DNA of 61,762 nucleotides, filler included, from Squatina squatina (Eukaryota): NCBI GenBank assembly GCA_031763465.1. It is 4 parts of 4 records of this genome, joined end to end, with 100 filler letters (N's around TTAATTAATTAA, not from the genome) between each part and the next. Parts side by side here need not be neighbours in the genome. Positions count along the whole stretch, not along the records: positions 1 to 15,353 come from JARFOE010000001.1; 3 more parts are not named here. One strand, written 5' to 3'. A model generated the notes under the pieces. The model was not told the origin of the DNA. It searched no databases and saw nothing but the letters and a program-made list of their open reading frames with translations. Positions 1 through 13,796 of the stretch are shown one piece after another. Numbering within the stretch: the stretch's first letter is position 1; every line of letters starts with the position of its first letter. The position numbers and the translations under genes were made by a program.

Positions 1-3000
1 GTCCAACCTGTCCTCATAATTTAACTCTTTTATGACATTACAATGGTTCGATTACATGTGCTGGTTTAATTACACCCCATCCTCTAACCCTGCTTCACCT
101 GGAGACTACACTTTGTCTTGACTCCCCAATTGTAACACTGTGGGAGATCGACCCACATTACAGACATTTTTTTGCACTTCTCTACCAGTCTAGTGGAAGT
201 GAATGTAAGTTGATTAATCTAGAAATGTTCTTCAGTCTTTCCTCACTGACAACCTGGCCTGCTTTTGGACTTTAAATGCTGGTCCCAATCCATTCTGTGA
301 ATGAATTAATTTGCTGTTCTATTGTGATTCATGTATTCTTAATTTAACATACTAATATATAATTTTTAAACAGTGACAATTGTCAAAAAAATAAAAGTAA
401 ATAAAGTAAAAGCAAACTCAAAAATCCAAAGATTGCTGGCCGAGAGTCTAGTTCCTAGGAACACATACTGGAAATTTGGCTGTTTGTTATGCACAGTTTG
501 CTGATCATTAATTTTAATGATTGGAAAATTCATGGGTTGCGCACATGAATTTCCAATATAAGATCATGACTGACAGACTTGAAAATAATCTTTCTAGTTT
601 GGTTATAGTTCTCCTATTCGTTTAGTTAAATGAACTTCACATTTCAGTGAGTTAAAAAAGGACAAGAAGGTCACAGGTCCGATCCACACTTTGTGCCACA
701 TTAGTTGATACTGCCCAGGGCAACAGTAGCAGTGCTATGATGGGCCTCAGTTCCTTTGATGTACAGATGACAAAAATCAGCCAGTGTTGCTGCCCTTGAT
801 TGTTATCCAGTAATTCCTGCTGGAAATCTCCACGTGTGTGGATGTCAGTTGTGAATAGAATCAGGCTCAGCTGGATTGCCCTCCACAGTAAAATAGCCTG
901 CCTGCAGTTACTGGCTAGGTTCACGCATGAAGAATACTGAAGGTTGGTGGCACCTGGCGGAATGTACCCAACGTAATTCAATTCAATTAAATAATTCAAT
1001 TAAAGAGGGGAGAAAGGCAAGAATATAGGAATAAAAGTGCTATTGTCAACAGAACAAAAAAAATGTCTATCCAACCTAACTGGAAAAAATACTAAACCCT
1101 CCATTTAATGTGATCAGCTAAATATTTAACGGTGTTCCAGAAATAGGGGATTTTCAAATAATTAAAATATTCTGTAACATGGCATGGAACCAAGTCATCT
1201 GCTCGCTCTTTGCAATGTCATGATACACATAGACTTAGAGAGAGAAAAGAGGGGAATTTAAGTACTTAAAAAAATGCTATTTTATTGTCCTCTGTGTCAT
1301 ACAACATGTCCATGTATTTATTGGATAAGCAGCGGAATGTGAAATCAGTGATAATTCCAAAATAGTTCGAAAGTGTTTCCGTAAGGCAGAACCAAGATCT
1401 TAAGTGTACACTAGAGATCATTCTTGCTACTTGAAGTAACATTTTAAGAGATAATAATGTAAATTTCAAATATTGCCTCATCAGCTAATTAATAGGTTAA
1501 TTAGGGTAGGCAAATCAGCTTTCCTGAGGTTAATGCACCAGTGCGCCCATTGTCAGATCCTGGAAACGTTGGGACTGTAGGCATCAAATGGCACGCCGCT
1601 CGTACCAGCAGTGTGGGGGCGGGGGATAATTTCTCTGGCCCATTTTTCAGATGCAGAAAAGTTGGCCAACCAGCTGTTCTTAAAGAGTGCTGCTTGCCCT
1701 TAGAGGCGATTCGAGAAAGGGTGCAGCTGGGTGAAGGTGGAGGTACAGGAGACATTTTCATATGTGTGTAGGATGGCCGTGGAGAAGATTCCCATTTGCA
1801 TGAGTGATGCCTTAGGCATACGTGCCACCCATTGGCATTTGAAAATTGCATCCAGGTCCTACAAATGGCATAAGACACTGATTTGCATATTACATGAAAC
1901 AGGCTAGCGCTCTTGCCACCCATTTCCATGAATGGACCCAAAATGTTGGACGGATCAGGAGTGGGAACAATGTAGTTAATTCAGCTGCCTACTTTTCCAA
2001 AGCATCACCACCCCATTCGCACCCAGCAGAGGCCATGAAAATCAGTCCCATTGTGTCTCCATCCAAAAAGTATCCTTTTTTGTTACAATCCTTCTTTGCC
2101 ACAATCCTTCTTATTGACAGCCTGTTTTGGAATTCTGGTAGCAGGGCCTACATTTGATGCTCAGCTGTGTGATGCATTAAAGTTGTATGATCTTACTGTA
2201 TCAGAAGCCACTGTTTGAGGATTACATTGTAAAATATATTCCTCTTTTGCCTCTCCAGGTGCCCAAGAAAAGGAGATGGCAGAATCCACTAACCAGCTAC
2301 AACCAAGCACTTCACAGCACCTCGTATGACCCACTTGTCCAGTGGCAAGCACCATCACCAACATATTCACTCTGGGGAGGGTAGTGAATGAGCTGCAAGA
2401 GGATGCACTTAGTGAAGCACAAAGCATAAGTCAGGGGGACAAGCACAAGTGGAATTACAGGAGATAAATCCTGCAGTTTGGAGGGCTAGCTCGAAGTCTT
2501 CTTCATTTCAGCTGCTGTAGGATTCAGACCTCACAGGACCTAGCTACAAAGGCACATTAATAGCTCAATGTCAGCATATCATGGATTTTTTTTGAGTGTA
2601 CACACAGCCTTTAGGGAAGGGGGAGAAATGAGGGAGCAATATGATGAAATGGAGGCGCGGCCTACTGAAGTATTAATCAAAGCTGCTATCCTGAGGAGAG
2701 ATCCTCTCGTTGATGTGTGAGCAGAAGGTTCTCCAGCGTCTGTGTGGCTAAGCCCACCCACTGTGCGAATGGAATAGAGTGATAGCCTGTACCGTCAGGT
2801 GTTGCAAGGAATCATCATCTGACAATAAAATGTTTGAGCTTCTACATAGCGATCCTACCTGTATGCACTAATTAACACTCCAAATCACTATTGTTGAGAC
2901 TAGTCCTATGCTGGTAGTGTTGAGATAAAATGTTAAATCCAGCATTACAGAAATATTATGTTGAAATAAATCCAGCTCAGGCAATCCAAGCAAAATCCAA

Positions 3001-3565
3001 TATACCACATTTATGTTCTTAAGTGGGTACGTTGCAGGAATGTATATTTTCTATGGAATTTAGAAACAATTTTAAGAGAAAGAATGAGAATAGCCCAGTT
3101 ATCATGTTGTATCTTGCATTGTTGGCATGTGTCATTTTTCAGGTGAGAAATGTAACTTTATAACATCACAAAGGCCTTAAATGAGGGCACTTCAAAAGTA
3201 GTTCTTTGGATGTGAAGCATTGAGTATCCTGAGGATATCATAAGGCATTTACAAATAAAAAAGTTTTTAAAATGCATGTGAAAAATTGCAAGTTCAAGTA
3301 TTGGTTACACTTCAAAGATACTAGAAATCACAGCCAAAAATGGATCCTATTTACAAGTGTCAAACTTCTATCTTACATTGTATTATTAATGTTTTGTGAA
3401 ACACACCACTGATGGTAGCAAACCTTTGGCTCATAACTATTCTTTCAACAGCCAAGACATTAAAANNNNNNNNNNNNNNNNNNNNNNNNNNNNNNNNNNN
3501 NNNNNNNNNNNNNNNNNNNNNNNNNNNNNNNNNNNNNNNNNNNNNNNNNNNNNNNNNNNNNNNNN

Positions 3566-4539
3566 ACCTATGGTATTATCCTGTCTATCCCTTAGTGGCA
3601 CTATTCCCATCCCAAACTTCCTTTTTTATTGATGTGCAGGTAAAATATTTTAGTATTTTGCTTAATGTTCCTTAATAAGTTAATTTCATAGTTTCTCTTT
3701 CACTTCCTAATTGTTTTTTTTAAACTTCTCTCCTAATCTCTTCGTATTCTCCCTTAGCATGCTCACCACTGCTGTCAATGTACTTAATGTATGCCTCGTT
3801 CCTTACCCTCATTTGTTACTTTAGGGTTTTATTCATCCATGGAGTCTCATTAGCGTTACAGTTGTTCTTTCCTTTTAGCGGAATATATTTTTCCTGCAAT
3901 CTGTTTAACACCATTTTAAAATGTTTTCCATTGCTGTTCTACATCGTTATTTCCCAAGTTCTATTCTCAGCTGCTCAAAATCAGTTTTTCTCCAATTTAT
4001 TAACCTGGTTTTCATCACCTTATGTCCTTCTCAATTGTCATCTTAAAGCATATTATATTATGGTCACTATTGCCTAGATGCTCCCCTACGTTTACTTCTC
4101 TTACCTACTCTGGTTTATTTCCCATTACTAGATCCAATAATTAATCCTCCCTTGTTGGGCCTTTTGCATATTGGGTTAGAAAAGAGTCCTGAACACATTA
4201 TAGGAACTCCATTCCCTTATCCCCTTTACCTACCTCTTCTGCCAAATTAATATCTGGGTAGTTGAAATCCCCCATTATTATTATTCTATGATTTTTACTC
4301 ATTTCCTGAATTTGTCTGCATATTTCTTCCTTTCCACCTCCCTTTCACTATTCGGTGGTCTATAGACTACACCTATTAGTGTGATTGACCCTTTATTATC
4401 TTTTATCTCTATCCATATGGATTCTACTTTTGTCTTGCTGATAGCTACGTCACATTTTTCTACTGCCATTATGTTATCCCTAATAAGTACAGCTACTCCA
4501 CTTCCCCTTTTTCCATCTCTATCTTTTCTAAATATGTTA
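3566..4539 (-). mobile_element. CR1-type LINE ORF2 fragment (AP endonuclease region), decayed
   Basis: Minus-strand translation FRKDRDGKRGSGVAVLIR...VESIWIEIK...IGVVYRPPN...IMGDFNYPDI...LLDLVMG matches CR1 APE motifs, with stops and frameshifts. Confidence 0.85.
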
Positions 4540-4639
4540 NNNNNNNNNNNNNNNNNNNNNNNNNNNNNNNNNNNNNNNNNNNNNNNNNNNNNNNNNNNNN
4601 NNNNNNNNNNNNNNNNNNNNNNNNNNNNNNNNNNNNNNN

Positions 4640-5315
4640 GTTGAGGACTCCCAGGGCCAGTCCTTTCCAATTGTATACCACTGTGCCATCATCCCTGGTG
4701 GGTCTGTTCTGCCGGTGGAACAGGACATACCCAGGGATGGTGATGGAGGAGTTTGGGATATTGGCTGAAAGGTACGATTCTGTGAGTATGACTATCTCAG
4801 GCTGTTGCTTGACTCATCTGTAGGACTGCTCTCCCAATTTTGGCACCAGTCCCCAGATGTTCGTGAGGAGGACTTTGCAGGCTTGACTGGGCTGGGTGTG
4901 CCGAAGTCGAGTCCATAGCCAGTGCCGAGATCGATGCCAGGTGCTCCGTCTGATTTGATTATTCTTAGTGTTTCTTGTAGCAGTTTTTTTTACAACTGAG
5001 TGGCTTGCTCAGCCATTTCAGAGGGCAGTTAAAGTCAACCACAATGCTGTGGGTCTGGAGTCACATATAGGCCAGACCAGGCAAGGGTGGAAGATTTCTT
5101 TCCCTGAAGGATATTAATAAACCAGATGTTTTTTTGCGACAATCCTATCGATTCATGGTTACCATTACTGACACCAACTTTTTATTCCAGATTTATTTAA
5201 TTAACTGAATTTAAATTCCACAGCCACAGTGATGGGATTTGAACTCACTTTTCTGAATTATTAGTCCAGAACTCCTGGATTGTTAGTCCAGTAACATAAC
5301 CATTATGCTACCATT
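4640..5315 (-). mobile_element. 5' part of a LINE with a tRNA-like head followed directly by endonuclease coding sequence
   Basis: Reverse complement resembles 48128-48750: head GGTAGCATAATGGTTATGTTACTGGACT...GAGTTCAAATCCC, then NIWGLVPKLGE...ITIPGYVLFHRQNRPTR. Confidence 0.7.
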
Positions 5316-5339
5316 CCTGATAGTTGGTTAATGGAGAAT

Positions 5340-6062
5340 TGGGGTTACTGTTACCTGTATCACACTCAGATGAGTTCTTCATGGACAGCTTGGGCAGAAA
5401 CAGATTGTCCAGGTTGCCTCCTCCCTTCCTCTTCCTCCTCTTCCACTTACTCCTCCTCCTGATTTCCTGATTCTGCTCCTCATATAGCTGGTGGCAAGGA
5501 CTTTGCCCTTATGATGGCGAGGTTGTGCAGCATGCAGCAGATCACCACAAACCTTGATACCCGCTCTGCCAAGTACTGCAGGACTCTTCAGCAAACCATC
5601 CTTCAGCACCTGCCACACCACTCCTCATAGATTTTTGCAACTTGATACAACTATAGAAAGCACCAAACCCTTGTAGAATCGTAACAACAGCCAGAAGAAA
5701 TCAACCAGCAACTAACCTATAAGTAGTTGATGATCCCTTTAAATAGTACTGGTGGGGGTCCTTCCTGCTGCTGCTGAACATGCGTTTTGCTGTGTGAGCT
5801 TACGAAAGGACATTGGCTGGAGTGTTTAGCTCCAAAATGGCAACACTGGCATCAAATCAGTGTTGCACACTGATTAACATCATGACCTGCCTGCTCTGCA
5901 TACTTCCAATGGATGTTCACTGCGTGCATTCTAATACCCTCACCAATATGGCGCCGGCGCGATTTGCCCCACAAGTCTGGGCATGCGCATCGGACGCCAT
6001 TTTGGTACCTAAACGGCACCTATAACGCCCAAAAACAGGCACTACCAATCCCAATTTCGCTC
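5340..6062 (-). mobile_element. Internally deleted PIF/Harbinger element (transposase C-terminus plus element end)
   Basis: Minus frame QYLAERVSRFVVICCMLHNLAIIRAKSLPP...EEEEEEGRRQPGQSVSAQAVHEELI is nearly the same as the transposase end at 51740-51950. Confidence 0.7.
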
Positions 6063-9000
6063 AGAAAATAGTCAAGTTTCACTCTGAGGATTTATTGTGT
6101 TATTTGAATCCTTCAATTGGATTGTTGCTAAATTAACTTACATGTAGACATTTTTTCCACATGAAAAAGACATTAACAGTTCAAAGTGATGCATAAATAG
6201 CACTCTTTAATTTACTCCATTTAATATTCTCAAATCCATGTAATACCATTTTTACTTTCACAAGTGTGAAATATCAACATTGGAGAATGTGACATTTTTT
6301 TTTAGCACAAATCAGTCTTCTATATTCCAAGCTGAAGGATTTTATATAAAACAATGTGGGCTTGGAATAAGTTAAAGTAATTGTATGATGGAGACATCTC
6401 ATTTAGCAGGTCTGACTCATTAGATTTTTATAAATATGGGCAGTCAATCATCTATTAACAGATGTTCTTTCAGCATCTGTCAATAGCAAAGGCCCTAGGG
6501 TTTGCCTGTGGACATTTTGCTCCAAGTGTCAATACTATGCCATTTGTATGTCCTTTTCACCGAGCAGGTGTCTGATCATTCAAATTACCGATAAGAAATC
6601 CTTTGGGATTTATGTATTGACAGCATCTTGTCACCAGTCAATATTTCGATTGACAGGTGCATGTCAATAATCAGGCAACAGGTGATGTTTACTGAGCTTG
6701 TCAATCGCCCCAGAGCNNNNNNNNNNNNNNNNNNNNNNNNNNNNNNNNNNNNNNNNNNNNNNNNNNNNNNNNNNNNNNNNNNNNNNNNNNNNNNNNNNNN
6801 NNNNNNNNNNNNNNNNAAGAGTACTGGCGAATCATTTTCTAACTATCATGATTTCCTCTGCGGTAAGCATTCTTTGTTAAATAACCGAGATCTGCTCTAA
6901 TACTACCTGGTGCTAAAGTACACTCAAGCCTCATATTTTGACACATGCCTTTGGTTCAAAGGAAAGCAAGCCTCTCCTGTCATTTCTGTTTTTGGTACTG
7001 AGATCAATTCGATGTTATCTCTACGAACTCAAATCCAATCCGTAAGCGTCTGACTGGTTTACAGGGAGGCGATCATTCAAAATAAGATCCTTACAGAAAA
7101 TTAGTATTAATTATCCGATGACCGAAGAACAAAAACCAGATCTGTGGTTTGAAAGTCACACTGCAAAAAAAAACACGTCGAGCAAATTGTACAGTTGAAT
7201 AAAAAAGTATTCAAATTGTGTAGTAGCCCTGCCATTCCGTGACTGTCTCTCAAAATGCGAGCATCGAAAAGGTTATTTAAGCAACGCTTTGTTCATGCTG
7301 CAGAAGCCACCATTATTTCAGTTAAAAACATTTTGATAGAAACGAGATGAAATTGCCTTCTGAGCACATGGATTCAATGGCTTGTTATTGAGTTAATGCT
7401 GCATAGATAACAGTTGTTTCACATATTTTACTAGCTGCTAAATATTACGTTCAATGTTGAAATTAGGGAATGTCACACGTTGTTTAAACTTCAAGCTCAA
7501 ATTATGGGCGATTTTTGCGTTTACATTGCTCTGGATCCAGTGTATTTACTATTTGGGGTTTGAACAAAATTGACAAGGCGCCGAACAAAATTAAATTATT
7601 GGATATTATTCGGAATTCTAAGCATACAAATTGATATTTGACCTAAATTGCCTTCTGTTGGTGCTACTAAAATTAATGCAATTAATGTTAAATGGCATGT
7701 GACTGCGTACTAGTCATGGTTGGGTGAAGTTCTGTGATTGCTTCGTAAGTTTTGGAAGTACAGAGAATCGTGCGGCCGTCAGTCAGTGTGGCGCTTTGAT
7801 AGAACTCATCTGTCCTCTTTCAGTTGAAATGAGATTAACGTCAATAGTACAAATGATCCTACAATTCTGCCAAACCAATTCGCATATTAAATTGTAACAC
7901 TGCTCCAGTCCTTCTTTCTCTTATCTCGACTAGTCGCCTGACATCAGTCTCCTTTTTTCAAAATACAGATGGCAACATAATTAAATCAGTAAGTGGGTTT
8001 GAAGGATATTGTATTCCAGCATTTTATGTGTCCTAGCAATTATCAACCGCCGCAGAGAAGATTTTCCTTTAATTCCTCAGGAGGATTTGACATATTTTGA
8101 AATACTGCAATTTTTACTTCACGTTAATTGCAATTTTGACTGCACTAAGCGTGACAATCGGACATGTCACACACGGATGATTTCTTATAGAAGTTTAAGA
8201 AAACATCCGTCTCTAATTTTTACCCACAATCGTGTAAACAAACTGTTTGCCAAATTTCAGCTGAAATCCGAAAGCTTAATTTGTTATAGTTCAAAGTGAA
8301 CGCTACAAATGGAAACTAGCAGACTATATTTTTCATGAATATTTGTTGTCTGGCTTGCTGGAATTTCATTACAAATTCTAAGAGCTTCAAAAGGCCGAGA
8401 CAGGTGCACGAGGAGGTTATAGAGATGCAATTTCTGATAGCTGCTCAAATGTTCTAAGATTACAAAAGGGGCACTGTCACTGCTACAGAGATTGTATTCT
8501 AAGGCCATTCTCAGATTTATAACAATATAATGTTCAAATATTGCAGCATTTGATCAAAACCCACTCCATGTTACATATGATTTTAAAAGAATGACGCGAT
8601 TTGAAAACGCCTCCGTGACGTTGCCCTNNNNNNNNNNNNNNNNNNNNNNNNNNNNNNNNNNNNNNNNNNNNNNNNNNNNNNNNNNNNNNNNNNNNNNNNN
8701 NNNNNNNNNNNNNNNNNNNNNNNNNNNNNNNNNNNNNNNNNNNNNNNNNNNNNNNNNNNNNNNNNNNNNNNNNNNNNNNNNNNNNNNNNNNNNNNNNNNN
8801 NNNNNNNNNNNNNNNNNNNNNNNNNNNNNNNNNNNNNNNNNNNNNNNNNNNNNNNNNNNNNNNNNNNNNNNNNNNNNNNNNNNNNNNNNNNNNNNNNNNN
8901 NNNNNNNNNNNNNNNNNNNNNNNNNNNNNNNNNNNNNNNNNNNNNNNNNNNNNNNNNNNNNNNNNNNNNNNNNNNNNNNNNNNNNNNNNNNNNNNNNNNN

Positions 9001-9534
9001 NNNNNNNNNNNNNNNNNNNNNNNNNNNNNNNNNNNNNNNNNNNNNNNNNNNNNNNNNNNNNNNNNNNNNNNNNNNNNNNNNNNNNNNNNNNNNNNNNNNN
9101 NNNNNNNNNNNNNNNNNNTAGCTTCCCCTGATAATGTATTCTAGCTTTCTGATAGTTTTTTTTTTAACCAATGTTTTCTATGGAATTGGATTTATCCAAA
9201 AGGAAAGAATAATTTTTGCCTGTTTACAAATCTGGAGCAATCCACTCTTGAGCTCGAACGTGTAGATATACATGTCGCAATTCCTCTGAGAACACTGACC
9301 CAAAACATTTTTTTAATGATACACTTAAAATAACCATTCTATGAAGTGTGAACTGGATGGATTGATTGCTTCCCTATGTAGTGAGAGGGCCTTGGTCCCT
9401 ACTGTCCCCTGGCTCTGTGCCCACACAGCTAGGTAGTATCTTATTGTGTATACAGTGTCACCAGTTACCGAATGGTAACTGCATGCTTCATTCCTCCGAA
9501 CATAAACTTCCCAACGTCTGGCAAGTCATATATA

Positions 9535-9995
9535 GATTCTAATTGGTTTGCTTAGCGCCTTCCATTATTGCCTCCGGGGGCTGATAATGGGGCACTGACC
9601 ACTTACTGACCGGATGGCACGAGATGTTCAACTCCTGCTAAATTCGGCAGGAGCTTTACAGCGGCAGTGGGAAGTTTCGCCTCGGTCTCCTGCCCCTGGA
9701 GATTGTGACGTCATCACCGCGCACATCGCCCTGGTGGCGCCGCAGACCTGAACTTCGGTTCCACCCCCTGCAGTTTCGCCGGCAAAAACACCGGCAGCTG
9801 CAGGAGGCAGCGCTGCACAACTACCTGTGTCCTGTTTGCTCCAGGAAGTGGAGTGCTTGATTTAGCGCTCCACTTTCTTCCTGGAGCGCAAAGCCCGAAT
9901 TTTTTAAAAGTTGAAAAACATTAGTGCTTGACACTAATTTTTTCAACTTTTAAAAGTTAGTGCCCCAAACGGGACGCTCTCGAATTTCTCCCCCC
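9535..9995. mobile_element. GC-rich non-autonomous DNA transposon (Harbinger-type MITE)
   Basis: CpG-rich island in AT-rich DNA with internal hairpins, ending GAATTTCTCCCCCC followed by TTA. Confidence 0.5.
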
Positions 9996-10330
9996 TTATA
10001 TCATAGTTAATTGGGTGAGATCTAGGTCAATCGAGAGAACATCTTTGAATTCTAATAAGACAAATTAATGACCAAAAGGTCATTCGAAAGTTAACCTCAC
10101 CTAATGTGTGTGTAAATATGCATTTAAGTGGAAGTTAGATAAACACATGAGCGAGAAAGGAAGAGAAGGTTATCCTAATAGGATTAGATGAAGAGGAGTG
10201 CGAGGACGCTTGTATGGCGCATGAACACCAGCATGGACTAGTTGGGCTGTACTTTCTATGTCATTCTATGCATTCTATGTCTGGGTAAAAATACAAGACT
10301 GATTTTGTTTGCTTTTCTTTTCTCTTAAAG

Positions 10331-10574
10331 ACCAAGTTTACAGCTGACTGCAATTTCAAGGAGAGGTATCAAGAGAACAGCTACAACACTTATGCCTCGG
10401 CCACTTACAAAAGCGAGAACAATAGCCGAGAGTGGTACGTGGCTTTAAATAAATGCGGTAAAGTTAAAAAAGGGAACAGCCCTCGGGTGAAACCTCAGCA
10501 CATTTCGACACATTTCCTTCCAAGGTTCAAACAGTCTGAAAAAGAAAAGACCTTCAAAATTACGAGAAAAATTC
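10331..10574 (+). CDS. FGF5: Fibroblast growth factor 5, last coding exon (truncated by N-gap)
   Basis: Polypyrimidine tract and AG (ttttctcttaaag), then [91 protein letters not shown] is characteristic of FGF5. Confidence 0.93.
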
Positions 10575-11758
10575 CNNNNNNNNNNNNNNNNNNNNNNNNN
10601 NNNNNNNNNNNNNNNNNNNNNNNNNNNNNNNNNNNNNNNNNNNNNNNNNNNNNNNNNNNNNNNNNNNNNNNNNNNNNNNNNNNNNNNNNNNNNNNNNNNN
10701 NNNNNNNNNNNNNNNNNNNNNNNNNNNNNNNNNNNNNNNNNNNNNNNNNNNNNNNNNNNNNNNNNNNNNNNNNNNNNNNNNNNNNNNNNNNNNNNNNNNN
10801 NNNNNNNNNNNNNNNNNNNNNNNNNNNNNNNNNNNNNNNNNNNNNNNNNNNNNNNNNNNNNNNNNNNNNNNNNNNNNNNNNNNNNNNNNNNNNNNNNNNN
10901 NNNNNNNNNNNNNNNNNNNNNNNNNNNNNNNNNNNNNNNNNNNNNNNNNNNNNNNNNNNNNNNNNNNNNNNNNNNNNNNNNNNNNNNNNNNNNNNNNNNN
11001 NNNNNNNNNNNNNNNNNNNNNNNNNNNNNNNNNNNNNNNNNNNNNNNCAACACAAAAAAAATCACGTTTATTAAAGAAAGCAAGCAACTTTTTTCCTAGC
11101 AGAAAAGTTGAATAAGTTTTGAAAAACGTTGAATCCTTCTTTATTTTAAAAGAAAGTGTTCTTTTTTTCCAGAAAAGTGCCATTCTTTAAGAACAAACAG
11201 GGAATTGTTTATTTTGTTCTCTCTTTAAGATAGACACCACTGGGATGTGGCAACGTAATTTATTTCTGTTTGAAAAGCGCATGCAACAATTCGTTTTTGG
11301 AGTGGTCAGAGTCCGGTGATGAGCGACCCCTGAGCCCGCCTTTCTCCGGCGGAACAGGTGGAAGGATGGATTACAGACCGTCAATCAAACTATCACTTTG
11401 GAGTTTCGATGTTTAAAATATCCCTGCCATGATCCTAGCATTCCACTTCTTACAGACCCGCAGGGAAAGGACTGCTTTACAGGGAAAAAACACACACATG
11501 CTTTTGGGATCCAGCTTCAGTCTATAGGTGTATCAAATGGCAGACATTAACGTCATGGCCCATTATCACACACTGTCATCAGAAACGCTCTGTTAGCAAA
11601 AATCCCTCCTGGGACCCAGGTGGGGAAGGTAATGATTCCTGTGATAGCCATTGCATTANNNNNNNNNNNNNNNNNNNNNNNNNNNNNNNNNNNNNNNNNN
11701 NNNNNNNNNNNNNNNNNNNNNNNNNNNNNNNNNNNNNNNNNNNNNNNNNNNNNNNNNN

Positions 11759-11975
11759 GTGGGTCTGGAGTCACATATAGGTCAGGTAAGGATGGCAAGT
11801 TTCTTTGCTGAAGTTGGCTTTTTTATGACAATCTGGTAATTTCATGCTAAACTTTTTTTTTTTAATTCCAAATATTTGTAATTAACTGAATTTAATTTCC
11901 CCTAGCTGCTGTGGTGGGATTTGAACTCATGTCTCTGAAGTACCAGTCCAATAATATAACCACTATGCTACCCTA
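11759..11975 (-). mobile_element. tRNA-headed SINE/LINE 5' fragment
   Basis: Similar to 4980-5315, 48128-48430 and 56545-56880. Confidence 0.65.
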
Positions 11976-11979
11976 CCCT

Positions 11980-12800
11980 TGCTCAATTAATCATACAGTT
12001 CAGAATTTTATCTTAGATTCCATGAGCTTTCCTATCAGCTCTCAGTCTGCTGTAAGGACGTTATCAAATGCTTTCTGAAAGTCAAGTTTTATAATTTCTA
12101 CCACCTTATGTTCGCCGACTAACTCTTGTTACATGCTGGAAGAGTTCCAATAAATTTGTTAGGCATGACCTGCCTTTCATAAACACATGTTGGCTTGGAA
12201 CTATTGCTATTATGCTTGTTAAATGTGCTTGAATTGTTTAATAGATGCCAATATTTTTCCCATTATGGATGTTAAGCTAGCATACCAACGAATCCCAAGA
12301 TGATATTTCTGACCTATTTTAAAAATTGCAATAACATTAGTTATTTTACAATCTTCTGGTACCACCCCTGTGCCTAATGAACTGCAAAAACTTTTTGCCG
12401 CAGCTCCCCTACCTCTCCCATTATTTCTTTAAGTACTCTTGGACATGTTCCATGTGGTCCGGATGCCTTACTTGTTACAACATACTGAACAGGTTTTTAC
12501 ATTTTCTTAGAACATCCTGTTGCTGTATTTGAAAAGCGATTTTGTCAGTTACTTCATAGGTCTTAATATATTATTGCCCCATGTATCCCAAGTGTTTTTT
12601 TATTGCCATGTTTGTGACTTGGGAGTGATTAATATTGACACTGGAAAAGTGTTCTATTCTTTAACACTGACAACTCCAGTCTTGAAGAGAAATTTTCCCT
12701 CACAGACACAAAATAATAACCAGACTGACGGATTTTAAAACTAGTTTAAACTAGTTGATTTGCTTAAGGGCAGATTTTTAAAAAAAAAACGTCCCTTGCT
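11980..12800 (-). mobile_element. CR1 LINE reverse-transcriptase fragment, decayed
   Basis: Minus strand gives QHVFMKGRSCLTNLLELF and LDFQKAFDNV RT motifs. Confidence 0.75.
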
Positions 12801-13394
12801 GTAACTGTTTCTTTGCTTATCTCCTGTTCCCTAATTATTTCTGTATCCTCTTTGTATTCCTGCTTGTTGTTTGTTTATTGCCTCCTTTTTTCTCCATTTT
12901 GTGGCTTTTACACATATTCATCATTTATGTATCTGTCTATCCTGATAGCAACCATCCTTTACACCCTAAGTAGAACCAAAGGTGACCCAACACAGGAAGG
13001 GTCCATTCCTTTCTCTGGCCTCCACCACACTCAACAAAATAGGTGTTGCTCTCTTTCTCCCTCCTCTTCCTTAAACAGAGTGTTCCNNNNNNNNNNNNNN
13101 NNNNNNNNNNNNNNNNNNNNNNNNNNNNNNNNNNNNNNNNNNNNNNNNNNNNNNNNNNNNNNNNNNNNNNNNNNNNNNNNNNNNNNACCGTATACATTCC
13201 TCCAGCCTGACAAACAACCATTCACCACTACTCTCTGTTTCCTGTCACTGACACTTCATTGTCCGTTCTTGAGACCACCATGCTGCAGAACTGTAATCCC
13301 CATTGTTGGAAGCTTACCAGGTCTACAGTGCATAGGAAGGATTCAAGACATGATATAGAGATGCCCACGCACTGCAAAAAAAATGCTAGATTAA

Positions 13395-13672
13395 TCCAAG
13401 GCCCTATCTGCCTCTCAACCAGATATTAAAAAAATCCCATGGCACTATTTGAAGAACAGCGTTGGAGGTATCCTGGCCAATATTTATCCCTCAACCATGA
13501 CCAGCAAAACTGCTTTTTCATCTCGTTCCTGTTTGTGTAACCCAATTGTGTGCAAAATAGTTCCCGTGTTTGCTTACACAACAATGATTACAATTCAAAA
13601 GTAATTCATTGTGGGCAAAGCACTTTGGGACAACCTAGATAAAGATGCTGCATGAATGCAAGTTCTTTCTTC
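13395..13672 (+). mobile_element. tRNA-derived SINE (SacSINE1/DeuSINE-like), 3' part
   Basis: ATCCCATGGCACTATTTGAAGA...GGCCAATATTTATCCCTCAAC core and ATGCAAGTTCTTTCT tail shared with 55010-55410. Confidence 0.65.
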
Positions 13673-13719
13673 TTACTACTAGAAAACAGGTAAAAAGTAA
13701 CATTATTAATCTTTTTCAG

Positions 13720-13796
13720 CACTGAAGAAAGCTTTTGCTGAAAATGAAGAAATCCAGGCTATGGCTGACAAAGATTTCATTATGTTGAATCTAATG
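13720..13796 (+). CDS. Anterior gradient protein (AGR3-like, AGR2/AGR3/Ag1 family) internal exon
   Basis: ctttttcag|...|gtaag, 77 nt, phase 1 to 0, encoding (A)LKKAFAENEEIQAMADKDFIMLNLM; compare human AGR3 ALKKVFAQNEEIQEMAQNKFIMLNLM. Not in the ORF track. Confidence 0.85.

Noticed and set aside
8554-11183. ~200-aa ORFs spanning the large N blocks
   Set aside because: They consist mostly of X from gaps; only the FGF5 portion is supported.
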